A stretch of DNA of 64,000 nucleotides from Eledone cirrhosa. Taxonomy: Eukaryota. Below, piece by piece: positions 13,465 to 26,782 of this stretch; positions within the stretch are counted from its first letter, which is position 1; the number at the start of each line of letters is the position of its first letter. The stretch is from positions 382,664,001 through 382,728,000 of the forward strand of contig OZ024740.1 in NCBI GenBank assembly GCA_964016885.1. Reading direction: 5' to 3'. Below the pieces are notes generated by a model. That model was not told the origin of the DNA. It saw only the letters and a program-made list of their open reading frames with translations, and made no database searches. Position numbers and translations under genes: made by a program.

Positions 13465-14167
13465 CAATTTAAAACATAGTGAAATATTTGAAAAGTCCCT
13501 CAAGAAAGGCAAGAGCTTAACGGGCAAAAAATATATAAATGAAAGTAATGCAAGAGATATATAAAAAAATAGAAAATATAGTTAGGTATATGTGTATATA
13601 CACTCACAAATGTGCATATGTGTGTATGTAGAAATGCATGTGTATGGTGAAAGTGTGTGGTGTGTGCGTAAGTACATATATGAGGGCAAGTATATTTGTG
13701 TATATGTGACCACAAATCCGTATATAATATGAGTTGAAAAAGAAACTGTAAGATTATATAGTTAACACGCATCCAGATACAGGTATTAAATACAGATACG
13801 AGTATGAAAGCACGCGTATAAACACACACACACGCGCGGTCACTTATATGCGGAAGATAAAGAGGGAAGGGAGTGTAATAGTAAAAAGAAGTGTCATTCT
13901 CGATATATGTATAAAAATGAAACAATATATGAGAATGAAAAAAATTTTAAATCAAAGAGAAAGTAATCAATTAACACTAGAGAAAAGAAAACAAACATAG
14001 GTACGCACGTACACATATATATATATATATAAAAAATATGTATACACACAAATACGTACAGACAAAAGCGCATGGATGCGTACATACATACACACGAGGC
14101 ACGCATATATATATATATCGCCACATGTATATCTAATCACACGTACGTACGCGACTATATATATATG

Positions 14168-14269
<102 letters not shown>

Positions 14270-14366
14270 TATATGTATATATATATGTGTGTATTATTTT
14301 ATTATGTAAATATATTTATTGTGTATATATATATATATATATTTATTATGTATATATATATATTGT

Positions 14367-14490
14367 GAAGGTGTGCGGCTGATTGGTTAGAGACTTGCAT
14401 TCGCAATCATGAGATTTTTAGTTCGATTCCTGTACCGGGCGATGCATTATGTCCTTGAGCAAGACACTTTATTTCACGTTGCTCCTTCTA
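14367..14490 (+). mobile_element. tRNA-derived SINE, family 2 (head fragment)
   Basis: A box-like GGCTGATTGGTTAG, B box GTTCGATTCC, then GTCCTTGAGCAAGACACTTTATTTCAC. Confidence 0.75.
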
Positions 14491-15688
14491 CCTGCAGTTG
14501 CGACTGATAGATAGTCTTAGCAACTGAAAAGTTTGCCTCGGTCTGATTTGACGAAGGTCGATCGACTCTTTTCATATATATATTTATATACAGAGAGAGA
14601 GAGAGAGAGAAATAGGGAGTAAGGAAGAAGAATAGATAGAAAAGTAGACATAGAGAGAGATACTGATATAAAATTAGAGAGAACACAATAATGGACAAAT
14701 CGCAAAGATGTAAAATTATTTGATTTTAATTCAAGACCTTATTTTTACAAACATTAGCATAAAAGTGTCATAGAAAACATATTGACTTTGCGTGCCGAAG
14801 AGCTATTATTTACATATAGCATAAATGAAGCAAGAATATTTTAACTTTGCTCATTCAGCTGACGTCTGAATTTTCATAATATTTTTAAAGAAGCAATGAA
14901 AAGAAATGGTGTCCTTATATCACGACAATTACATGGTATATCACTGGTATTGCAGCTTTTAATGTTTTACTCTGTTCTATTATATTCAAAACGTTCATCG
15001 GACTATGTTCAGGATGATTGATTCTTAAAACATTTTATTGGATGAAAAGATTCGCCTTCTCTCACCGTTTGCGTAACAATTATTGGCATAATAATTTTAC
15101 AGCGCATATAAATGCGGGAATGTGTGTGACTCTATGTGTTGTTTTGCATGTGTATATACGTGTATGTGTGCATCCCTTACCCCAACTCCCTTTATCTCAC
15201 CTCCCTCTCCACCATCTCTCACCCCCATCTCTCTCCCTCTTTCTCCCCCCTCTCCACCTCTCAGTCCCTCTCTCTCTCTCTATATATATATAATATATAT
15301 ATATATGTGTGTGTGTGTGTATGTCCATCTGTCTGTGTGTCAGCACGTGACTTTCTAGCTATAGCTATTTATTTATGCATATTTACCAATATATGTACAT
15401 TTGTACAAGCAGAACAGCAGCACGAAATGAGGAATCGTGCTCCGAATGTAAATGTACAGATACATACGAATAACATTCATCGTAATTTAATGGATATATG
15501 TTTGGCAATGATTAGAGAAATGTTGGAAGGAAATTATAGTCATTGTTTAAAATGAATGTAAAATGAAATTAGATTATGACCAGAGAGAGAAGAGGATACT
15601 CAATGATCTAAACACGTTGGTCAAGGAATTATTAAATGAGATATATATTTTAATATAAAACTCTTTCGTTTTGAGGGTAATTTTCTAG

Positions 15689-15780
<92 letters not shown>

Positions 15781-15935
15781 ATATTGAAATTTCTCGTTCT
15801 AGCACAGAGAATACATAAATGTGGGCACACATACGTATGAACACGTACACATACACATACACACACACACACAAACACACAAACACACACACACACACCC
15901 ACGCACACACGCACGCACACACGCACACACACACG

Positions 15936-15989
<54 letters not shown>

Positions 15990-16343
15990 CATATATACAC
16001 ACCAGAAACTTGTTGATTGTTCCTCAAAGCCTGTGTGAACAAACGGGTGACACCGCACAGCTTCAAATCGGGCCGTTTGCAAACGAATGGAAAATGATTA
16101 GTAATGTTCGATATAACCCATACGTACATATGTATGTGTATATATTTGTGTATATATAAATATTTATATATATATATGTGTGTGCGTGTGTACGTGTGCA
16201 TACTTATGTATGTATATATATATATATATATATAGTGAGAGTAAGAGTCATATATCGTTAGAGAAACACATACTATTTTGAACACATGTATCAATAACAT
16301 ATTATTCACGAAAAAGTACATTCTTTAAAAAGGAAACTATTAT

Positions 16344-16450
16344 TTCCTTACGGCGTCGTTTCTTAGTTCTAAAATGTAGCAAATATTGTTCTAAGTAATC
16401 AATTATCGATTCAAGTAAAGACGGAAAACACAGACAAATCGTCAGAGGAA
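16344..16450 (-). ncRNA. Type I hammerhead with long stem II insert (family G)
   Basis: TTCCT-CTGACGA-(~75 nt)-GAAA-CGACGCCG-TA-AGGAA; GUA cleavage triplet. Confidence 0.6.
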
Positions 16451-16973
16451 TCATCTTTAGATATGTCCCACACTATACAAATAACTTTATATGTTTCGGT
16501 ATCTGAGAGCTAGTTAAAGCCCTACACCGTTTGCTGTGAAAAAGGTTTCAAATGCCAGGCCATATATAAATAGGACTGGACGTCGTAACCGCTGAAACGA
16601 CGTGGAAATTATATGATTTTTCCAAAATCTTATGTTTATTTGCTTAAAATGTGACTAGTAATTCTGGGATTTATGAATATACAGAAAATAGCATTCTGTG
16701 ATTTATAAATATGCACAAAATACAATTTGTTTCTCAAAAGTTATAAGACTTTCTCTTTCTCTTTCTATACATACATTTTTTTATTTGAATTATATATATA
16801 TATATATATAGTATTAATTATACTATTTATGGTTATGTAAATACAAAAACCTTTTGCAGTTATATATATTTTTATACAAACCCTAAATAGTGGTAGGCAG
16901 TAATATATTACTACCTTATTACCAATAAGTTAAGTAGCTCAATGTAAAAACATCAGATGATTTACAGAGCAGT

Positions 16974-17564
16974 TATATGAATTATAAGAATCAAAGAACT
17001 GTTCAAAACATTTTTATGCTTACAACTGTTTCTTCCAAACCGAGGTTTGGATTCTTCGGATCAATTTATTATTGAATGAACACTTATATCACCTCATTTT
17101 CTATTTTTAATGCTTATATTATTTCTCCACACACAGACTATAACAATCATATAAAGAATTTGTCACCAGATCAACCAACCTAACACTCTTGTTTACCTGT
17201 TTAGGTGCTTCTACTACACATAACTCTCTGCCACACTATATAAACAAGACGCACGTGCTTGCCACATTTATAACCTTTGCACTATATAACCGCTTATTTT
17301 CATGTTGTATTTTAACCTGTATTTTTTATTGTATCTTTTAATATGAATGTAATCTCTAAGTGTGTACTGCCACTCTAAATGCTGTAATGAATGTTGACCC
17401 ACAATATTTGCATATGTATCTATATGTCTCTTGGGCGAAAAGGAGGTCATATAAGTGTTCATTCAATAATAAAATGCTCCGAAGAAACCAAACCTCGGTT
17501 TGGAGGAAACAGTTGTAAGCATAAAAATGTTTTGAACAGTTCTTTGATTCTTATAATTCATATA
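16974..17564. mobile_element. ~590-bp non-coding element with ~128-bp inverted ends, each carrying a hammerhead (family E)
   Basis: 16974-17101 is the reverse complement of 17437-17564, with several substitutions. Confidence 0.8.
17474..17522 (+). ncRNA. Type I hammerhead with CCGAAGA core (family E); second copy 17016-17064 on minus
   Basis: ATGCT-CCGAAGA-AA-CCAAAC(CTCG)GTTTGG-AG-GAAA-CAGTTG-TA-AGCAT. Confidence 0.65.
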
Positions 17565-17566
17565 TA

Positions 17567-17597
<31 letters not shown>

Positions 17598-17598
<1 letters not shown>

Positions 17599-18797
17599 GT
17601 GACAAAACATAAGTCAATTGCATGAACTCATAATCCTTCATTTACTGCTATATATATTTCGATGATAGCCATTCAATGACCTCATCAGGCAGTTAATTAG
17701 TTCTTAGATATGCCAGCTCTGTGTTTATGGTGTTGATTGTATCAGAGCTTTGGGACATATGAGCTTGTTAGGAATAATTTAATGTTGTTAGCAGGAATAG
17801 TCTTAATTCTCATTCGTCAGTTTGTAGATGCTAGTAGGGTTGGTATTTGACCTCAAAGAGGCAGGTGGTGTTGTTGTAAAGTTCAAACCGTCAGGCAAGA
17901 TGACAATAGTTCCATATGACTGGTTTTGACAAAAAGCATTCCTCGTCAGATATATATTCAATTGGGGTTTATAGTATGAAATTCGATACTACAGGTCCTT
18001 CTTAAATTGAGGAATTTATGTGGAGTGGTAACTACTGAAAATTATGGTTATAGTAGAATACTAGAACATTTAAATATAAAAAGACTTATGTTGGTTGACT
18101 TGCACATACACTCCCCCCCCACATACACACACACACATCCACACATACAAATTGAGGAATTAATGTGGGGTAGTAATACTGAAAATTATGGTTAGAGTCA
18201 AATACTTAGAAAGTTTAGAAATTTTAGAAATAAAAAGACTTATGTTGGTTGACTTGTACATACACTCACACCTACCCGCTCAGACACACACACACACATC
18301 TACACACACAAATCCATACAGCTGTGTATATATATATATGTACGCACAAGTGCATATATATATACAACAGAGGTCTCCAAATCCAAGTATAAGGCAGACA
18401 TAAAACTAGGTGGGTGTTATTTTTAAAGAAAAATAAAGTGGGTGTTTGGAAAAGTTATTGTTTAGACTAGACAAAAGTAGAGTGTGATATATATCTTCAC
18501 AGCAATAGCTTGGGGGCTTTGGAGCTTAGGCAAATCCCACACTTTTATAACTCTGAATGCGCGTGTATGTCTATATGCACATGTGCACTCATACAAGAGA
18601 GCATATACAAATATTCTCTTAAGCATACACTCGACCATTTTTCAAATGCAACCTGGGGTATTAGTATTTCGTTGCGTTCACATGAGTGTGTACATTCACG
18701 TAATCTCAGTATACACACACAATGCACGGTTGCGGGCACTCATTCATGCGTTCCAGGTTAGTACCTTGGGATAATTGTTCTTCCTGTATGGGCCACT

Positions 18798-18800
<3 letters not shown>
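17598..18800 (-). mobile_element. Non-coding 3' UTR copy of the 35-37 kb Naiad-type element
   Basis: Reverse complement of ~35995-37032 with an internal ~145-bp duplication (18004/18149). Hammerhead at 17644-17693 with a shortened stem II. Confidence 0.88.
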
Positions 18801-18875
<75 letters not shown>

Positions 18876-19198
18876 ATGGGTGGTATTTGTTTAGAGATTC
18901 TGTAAATTAATTAAAAACTGTGTCGTGTATCTAAATTATTTTGGATACAGATTTATGGTCCTCTCAATCGACATCTGTGCACTCTTGGTACATAATTTAT
19001 TTATTTTATTGATCTTAAAGTTATGAAACACGAAAATGACCTCCCTAGTAATTGCAACTCTGAACAGTAAAATGACAATCTAGATAAATTCCATCATCGT
19101 CAGATTTTTATATGAATCAATACGTATATATTTTCATAAAATAGCAACATTAAGGATAATATAAATGTAACAGAAAGAGTTTATATCTATATCTATAT

Positions 19199-19291
<93 letters not shown>

Positions 19292-19325
19292 CGTATGACC
19301 CTCCCAAAGTATAACAATATATATA

Positions 19326-19388
<63 letters not shown>

Positions 19389-21818
19389 CGAAGATACATA
19401 GCTGTAGTTATGCGAATGCGTGTGTATATGTTATTTTATGTGTGTGTATATAAGTGTGTTTCAGAATACATGTATGCGGTTGCTTATATTGATAGGTGTT
19501 GAAGAAAGTATTAAGTGCGTGCGTGATATGATAGGTTTATTTATTTCTCCACACTGCGGGTAAATAAAGAGAAAATATTTTTTTGTGTGTCTATTGTATA
19601 ATTGTCTGTACGTATGTGTGCGTTCGCTTAATGTGAAGTTATTGATAGTCTTTTTATGAGTTAAGAGATTTGTGAATATATATATATATTCACATGTAGT
19701 GAACATTCGCAATATTATATGAAATTTGTACACTATGAAACATACTAATCGGGAAAGAAAGTGTCTATAATTTTAAATGTAGGTGAGTGGGAAAGTTTGA
19801 CTATCTTCGATCGGCTGTATGAGGTTAAAAGCGAAGTGTACTGAGAGTGCATTGTGCATACTCTTCCAACGGTTTTAGTCCATAAACTGTGGTCTTGCTG
19901 AACAGCGTCGAAGATTTAGATCAACTTAACCCTAATACTGATATTTTTCAGTCTCAAATTTGCATTTTTACACACATGAAAGTAGACAGTCACACACATA
20001 CTCACAAAACACATACATACTCACACACATACAATCCCACATCCATCCATACATATTTATATATATTTATATACAGTATTGTTTTTCAGTTTCCCTATAC
20101 CAAATTCCACTCTCAAGGCCTTTTGTAGAGTGTACCTGGCAGAATCCAGGCCCTTGTGGCGGTAAATCAAATTCTTAACCACTTGTTCATATTTGAGGAA
20201 AATGTATACATATAGTATGCCTTAGACAAGTATTATGATAGGTAACTAGGAATTGTGTTTAAATTCTACATAGATATAGTGCTATGTCATAAGGTGTAGG
20301 AATTGATATATACAGGCATGGTGCGCGATACCACTCGTGACGCAGTTTATTGAATTCCATTCCTCTCATTTGAGAAAAGTTGGTTATGAAATATTTCTGT
20401 ACAAGATAATGTAAAGTTAAGTCAAAGTAAGGAAATTCCTCAAATCAGCTTCGATGTATCTGCTGAAGAAATAAGTGCAAACATTAACACCGAACGATAC
20501 AGATAACAATAAATCTAACAATAAAAAATATTTATCTAATAAACAGACAAAATCACATAATTTAATACGATGTCAGTTTCTAAAAAGTGAGAACATCAAA
20601 AGTTCTAGAATAGAATAATCAATACAACCTATGAAGCTTGTCCAGATTAATATTTAACACGTGTAATGAACATTCGCAATATCATGTAGTATGGGTGCAT
20701 TCTATGAAACATACTAAACATAAACCTTGTAAAGAGACAGACACCATCAACTCGACTGTTGTAGTTGGTGCAACTGTCACTATTCCTAAACTAATGTGTT
20801 CAATGTATAACGGTGGTACTCCAGGGACATATTATGCAGTTGTAGCATTTGTGTAAGAAACATTAGATAGAACAAAATATTAAAATTTAAATATCTGAAT
20901 GAATGAATGAAACGATATTTGTGACATATTTCCAGCTTGTCGTAGAACCTCTTAGGTTATATACGTCAATGTGTCTAGGCGTTTCGCATCGGGATTACCT
21001 TGAAATATAAATTTCTAAATATAAAGTATACATTTCTAATATTTGCAAACGTGTATCAATTGTCTACAGAATATAATCAATACATAGTGACCAGTAGTCT
21101 ACTGCTACCTTAGGTTTCAAAAGAGGCTCAGTTTTTTTTCTAAATCGAGAAATTACTTTATATCATACTAGCTATAACTATTAGGGTAAACATTTTTACT
21201 CCAATTCAGGTAAATCTCAATGAATCCCAGTGAATATATATATTTTGATATCAGAATCTGTTCAGAAAAAAATTGCTGAGTGGAATGTTAGGTATTTAGG
21301 GCTATATATAATTATGGAGAGAGCAAAAGAATTTATACGTTCTAGTTAGAATAACAAAGATAACTAGGGGAAGACCATAAGACAATCTAAGGTTATTAAG
21401 TAAGGACGATAAACAGGATATAAGAAGTACAGGATGGTTATATATATCAAAAGATAAAACGATAAGAATGAGGTGACAGTGAGGTGATAAGTGGGAGGAT
21501 AACAGGCGAACTGGAAGAAGAAATTACCGGAAAATAGACAGACGGACGGGAGGCAGTTAATTGAAATAATCTTGTAATAAGTGTCAATCACACTAATTAA
21601 TGCACGCTCAATTTTTCTCTCTAAAAAAATAACACGCACACACGCATGCATACATACACACAAATATATATATATTTATGCATGTATATAGACACACACA
21701 TATACATGTATATATATATATATACACACACACATATATATATATGTGTATATATATATATATATGTACACATACATATTTATATATATAGACACACACA
21801 TACACACACATACACACA

Positions 21819-21890
<72 letters not shown>

Positions 21891-22065
21891 CATGTATTGC
21901 AGCAAGAAAAATAAAACGTCGGCATGAAGGAGATTAGGAATTTATTTGCATTAATCTATGTTTCTGGGTATTATAATAGTCTACATATGCTGACTACAAA
22001 GTATATTGTTAAATTATATGCAATACTTAATTATTTATTACACTTATTCAGAAAGCCTATAATAG

Positions 22066-22354
22066 TTGTCTCTACTTTTGGCACAAGGCCAGCAATTGAC
22101 CAGTGTATTACTGGTACTTTATTTTATCGACCCCATGATGATGAAAGCAAAGTTAACCTCGGCGGGATTTGAACTCAGACAATAAAGGGCCGTAACTCTT
22201 TGTTGCAAAGCATGGCGTCCGACCCTCTACCGATACTGCCAATACATGTAATCGTTTCTACTTTTGGAACAAGGCCACCAATTATCACAGTGTATTACTG
22301 GTACTTTATTTTATCGACCCCGTAAGGATGAAAGGGAAAGTTAACCTCGGCGGG
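22066..22354 (-). mobile_element. Two adjacent SINE family 1 copies (second partial)
   Basis: Same body as 4576-4760, at 22066-22243 and 22250-22354. Confidence 0.82.
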
Positions 22355-22379
22355 TGGCATGGTCTGTTATGACGTTGAA

Positions 22380-22600
22380 TGTTTCAATTGATACAATCAA
22401 CAGAACAGAATGGTCGTTAAATTAGCGTGCGGTTGGCTGAGCATTCTACAACCACGCGTACCCTTAACATAGTTGTCAGTATGATTCACCTCAGCGTCAC
22501 ACATAATGTAACAATGCTGGTTACATTTCGAATTGCAGTTACAATTTATTTTTGCAAGGTGAGCGGACTGGAGCAAAGTGAAATAAAGTGTCGTGCTGAA
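22380..22600 (-). mobile_element. Degenerate SINE related to family 2
   Basis: Minus strand CAGCACGACACTTTATTTCACTTTGCTCC matches the family 2 core. Confidence 0.5.
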
Positions 22601-23653
22601 GGATAAAAGGGAACACCTGACCGTTGATTACCCTCATCTGTAAAAAAAAAAATACTCCGAAAACACAATAAAGTTATCCTCATAATACTCGCTAAACCAA
22701 ACCCCAGATATGAGAACATATTGTAAATAATAATGTTATTCAGTATGAGAATAAAATAAATTCTAAGTACATAATATTCAAACGATTAAACAAACGTTAT
22801 ACGATCGAAGACACGAAATTTTATAGGACGTGAGAAAAATATTACTTCAGAACAGTATACATAAATAATCATTAGAATAGTGTAAAGCAATATTTGAGGC
22901 AAAGAGAAAAAAGTCAGCGTGAAATGAAACGGTTAAACAAAACGCGAGAGGAAATGAATAAAATGAAAGAAAGAAAACTTGAAAAATGGTACTCGTGGAT
23001 GATAAAGAATGAAGTATATCGAATGATGAAAGACTGCTCAAAAGTAAGGTAAATACATGATTTGGAAGAATGAAATCTTTAATGTTTTCAGATTACTATA
23101 GATGGTATAATAATAGATTCGACTGATACATGCACGCGCACACACATAAATCTATGTGTCCTTATCTGTACATGTCTAATTCTGTATAAATGAATACATT
23201 TCTGTCTGTATTTACAAATTTAATTATATCTGATCCTAACATCTAATTAAGTCGAATCCATGTAAACCTAAAGGATAAGAAGGAAGGAAATCTTTGAAAA
23301 ATCACAGCTGTATTCTATGTCTCCCTCTTTATAGACATAAAGATGTACTTTAAGCTATGCAGCTACATTATCAGTAAACCAGAATTATATTTAATTTCAC
23401 AATTTCTTCCATTGATGTCTCCTTAAGGACTAAATATCTATCGCTATAGTCAACTAAGGGCAATGTATTTGAAAGAATTACTGATAACATCAGTGGATGC
23501 TTTTACGTTGGAAGTAGTAGACATTGTCGATAACTTACCTTGATATAATGGAATCAATCCTACATTTTTCCAGCTTTCAATATAGTTGTGCTAAAATATA
23601 TCATGTAAACAACACTTTCTCACCGTATTTGTTATATATATACATACATACAT

Positions 23654-24607
<954 letters not shown>

Positions 24608-24677
24608 AATCTCTCTCCCTTCCTCTCTCTCTCTATCGCTCTTTCTCTTCCTCTCTTTTATATATATAAATATATAT

Positions 24678-24780
24678 CACCTTGACCGACCAGCCTGTCG
24701 GGCGTCTTTCGGCGCCGCTAGTCACAGCACGTTTTTGTTTTAGCCATACAATGACGCCATTGGCTGGGCGGACAGGCCGT
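24678..24780. repeat. GC-rich ~105-bp dispersed repeat (inverted copy 52591-52703)
   Basis: CACCTTGACCGACCAG...GGCGCCGCTAGTCACAGCACG...TTTTAGCCATA...GGCTGGGCGG.CAGGCCG occurs in both places. Confidence 0.8.
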
Positions 24781-24786
24781 AAGTCT

Positions 24787-25174
<388 letters not shown>

Positions 25175-25631
25175 GAGTGAGAGAGAATTAAAATTTAGCT
25201 TCGAAAATAACTGTATACAAATATGTGTTTGAATTTCGTATAAATAAACATTTAGAAAGTCATAGCTATGAATAACACACTGGCAGCTACCGCCACTAGG
25301 TGGTGCCCGCAGAAACAAGGGGGACAATCTTCGATGCACTTCAAACTGAACTGCTTCTTGTCAGGGCGATTTCTCCTGCTCTTGCAACTGTCGAGCTTCG
25401 AAAATATATAGTTTTTTGGTCTATGTAAATGAGGTGATTAATCTCAGTTGCATATGAAGCTGTAAAAGTCGGCTCAACTTATAATAGAACTTCTTCTTCT
25501 TCTTCTTCTTCTTCGTCTTCTTCTTCTTCTTCTTCTTCTTCTTCTTCTTCTTCTTCTTCTTCTTCTTCTTCTTCTTGAATTCGTACTCCGCATGTGGGGC
25601 ATACTGTCACTTCACCTGTTCATCATTTTCA

Positions 25632-25795
25632 GGGTGCATTGGCAGTATCGGTAGAGGCATAGAGTTACGGACCTTTCCATTCTGAGTTCAAATCCCGCCG
25701 AGGTTAAATTTGCCTTTCATCCTTACGGGGTCGATAAAATAAAGTACCAGTCATGTACTGGGTATTTGCTGGCCTTCTGCCAAGCGTATAAACAA
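25632..25795 (+). mobile_element. SINE family 1 copy (internally deleted)
   Basis: TGGCAGTATCGG...GAGTTCAAATCCCGCCGAGG...GGGGTCGATAAAATAAAGTACC. Confidence 0.82.
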
Positions 25796-25864
25796 TTATT
25801 TTCATGAACAGGATTAACATGCGCAATCAGGTTGTAAGTGGTATAATGACTGGCTTGTGTAAGA

Positions 25865-26155
25865 TCAATTGACTGGAATTTGCAGATGCCTGGTGTTACA
25901 TAACTCGACAGAAGGTGATCTCCAGCTTGCATTCGGTAGGTTTGATGTCTGCGCAGATTACTCTGCATATAAATGGAGTTCCACTGAAGCAGGTAGAGAA
26001 GTTCAAGTATACACGGAGCCGTGTTCACGAGTGATGGTTAGAAGAGAGGAGGCTGGATTAAGTGCATGAATTCCAGGATCTTGTGTAGTAATTCGCCAGC
26101 TTCAACATTCCTAATCATAAGAAGATAGATAAGCGTAAATCCAAACAATATTTTC
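25865..26155 (+). pseudogene. RTE-type LINE reverse transcriptase fragment
   Basis: FAD/LVLHNSTEGDLQLAFGRF and LHINGVPLKQVEKFKY across frameshifts. Resembles the 38741-38962 translation. Confidence 0.65.
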
Positions 26156-26161
26156 TGGACT

Positions 26162-26733
26162 TGTATTGTATTTATTTACTTTGTTCTTAACTCTGTAGCG
26201 GAGATTCATTCGGTCTCCTAGTTAGAATTTTAGTCTACGACTTCTGCTATACCATTTACGTTGTTTTGTCTTTGCGTGCTATTGTTCTCCATTCTCCACA
26301 TATGGCGTATTATCTTCGTTTTTTTCGTTCATTGCCAGAGAACGTCTCTATGAACCACCTAAGAGAACATTAGTCTACGACCTCTTTTATACCATAAACA
26401 TGGTTCTGTCTTTGCGCGTAAATGTTTTTCACCTCTCCTATTAATGACGTATCTTATTCGTTTTTTCCCGTTCTTTGCCAGCGAACGTTTCCACGAAACA
26501 AAGTATCGTCTTCCTGTCTTCCTCCGGTCGCAACGTTTTTTGAAATATCCACTTCTGCGTTTACAGATTGACTTTGTTAGTTTCAGAAGATCCCGTTAAG
26601 GGTGAAAGCAGCGATTCTTTGCTTAAACTTTAATCTGTTATTTTATAAATATTTGCTCTACGGTTCTTATATATTTGATATATATTTATCCTTATCGAGC
26701 TCTCTTTGGATTTTAGTCTTGAAATTTATTATT
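26162..26733 (+). repeat. 5' pseudo-LTR
   Basis: Near-identical to 29421-29992. Contains a diverged ~139-bp internal tandem duplication starting TAGTCTACGAC (26231, 26370). Confidence 0.93.
26579..26629 (+). ncRNA. Hammerhead variant (family D, CAGAAGA core)
   Basis: AGTTT-CAGAAGA-T-CCC(GTTAA)GGG-T-GAAA-GCAG..TTGC-TT-AAACT. Confidence 0.62.
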
Positions 26734-26782
26734 ATTAATATTTGGCTCCCTCGGTTGAGCACTCTACTGACTTATATTCATC

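Noticed and set aside
14520-14572. Hammerhead-like CTGAAAA..GAAG-GTCGATCGAC-TC
   Set aside because: Two core substitutions, a 2-bp stem I and a single copy.
20457-20505. Hammerhead-like TATCTG-CTGAAGA..GAAC..CAGATA
   Set aside because: Stem II is unpaired and GAAA is incomplete.
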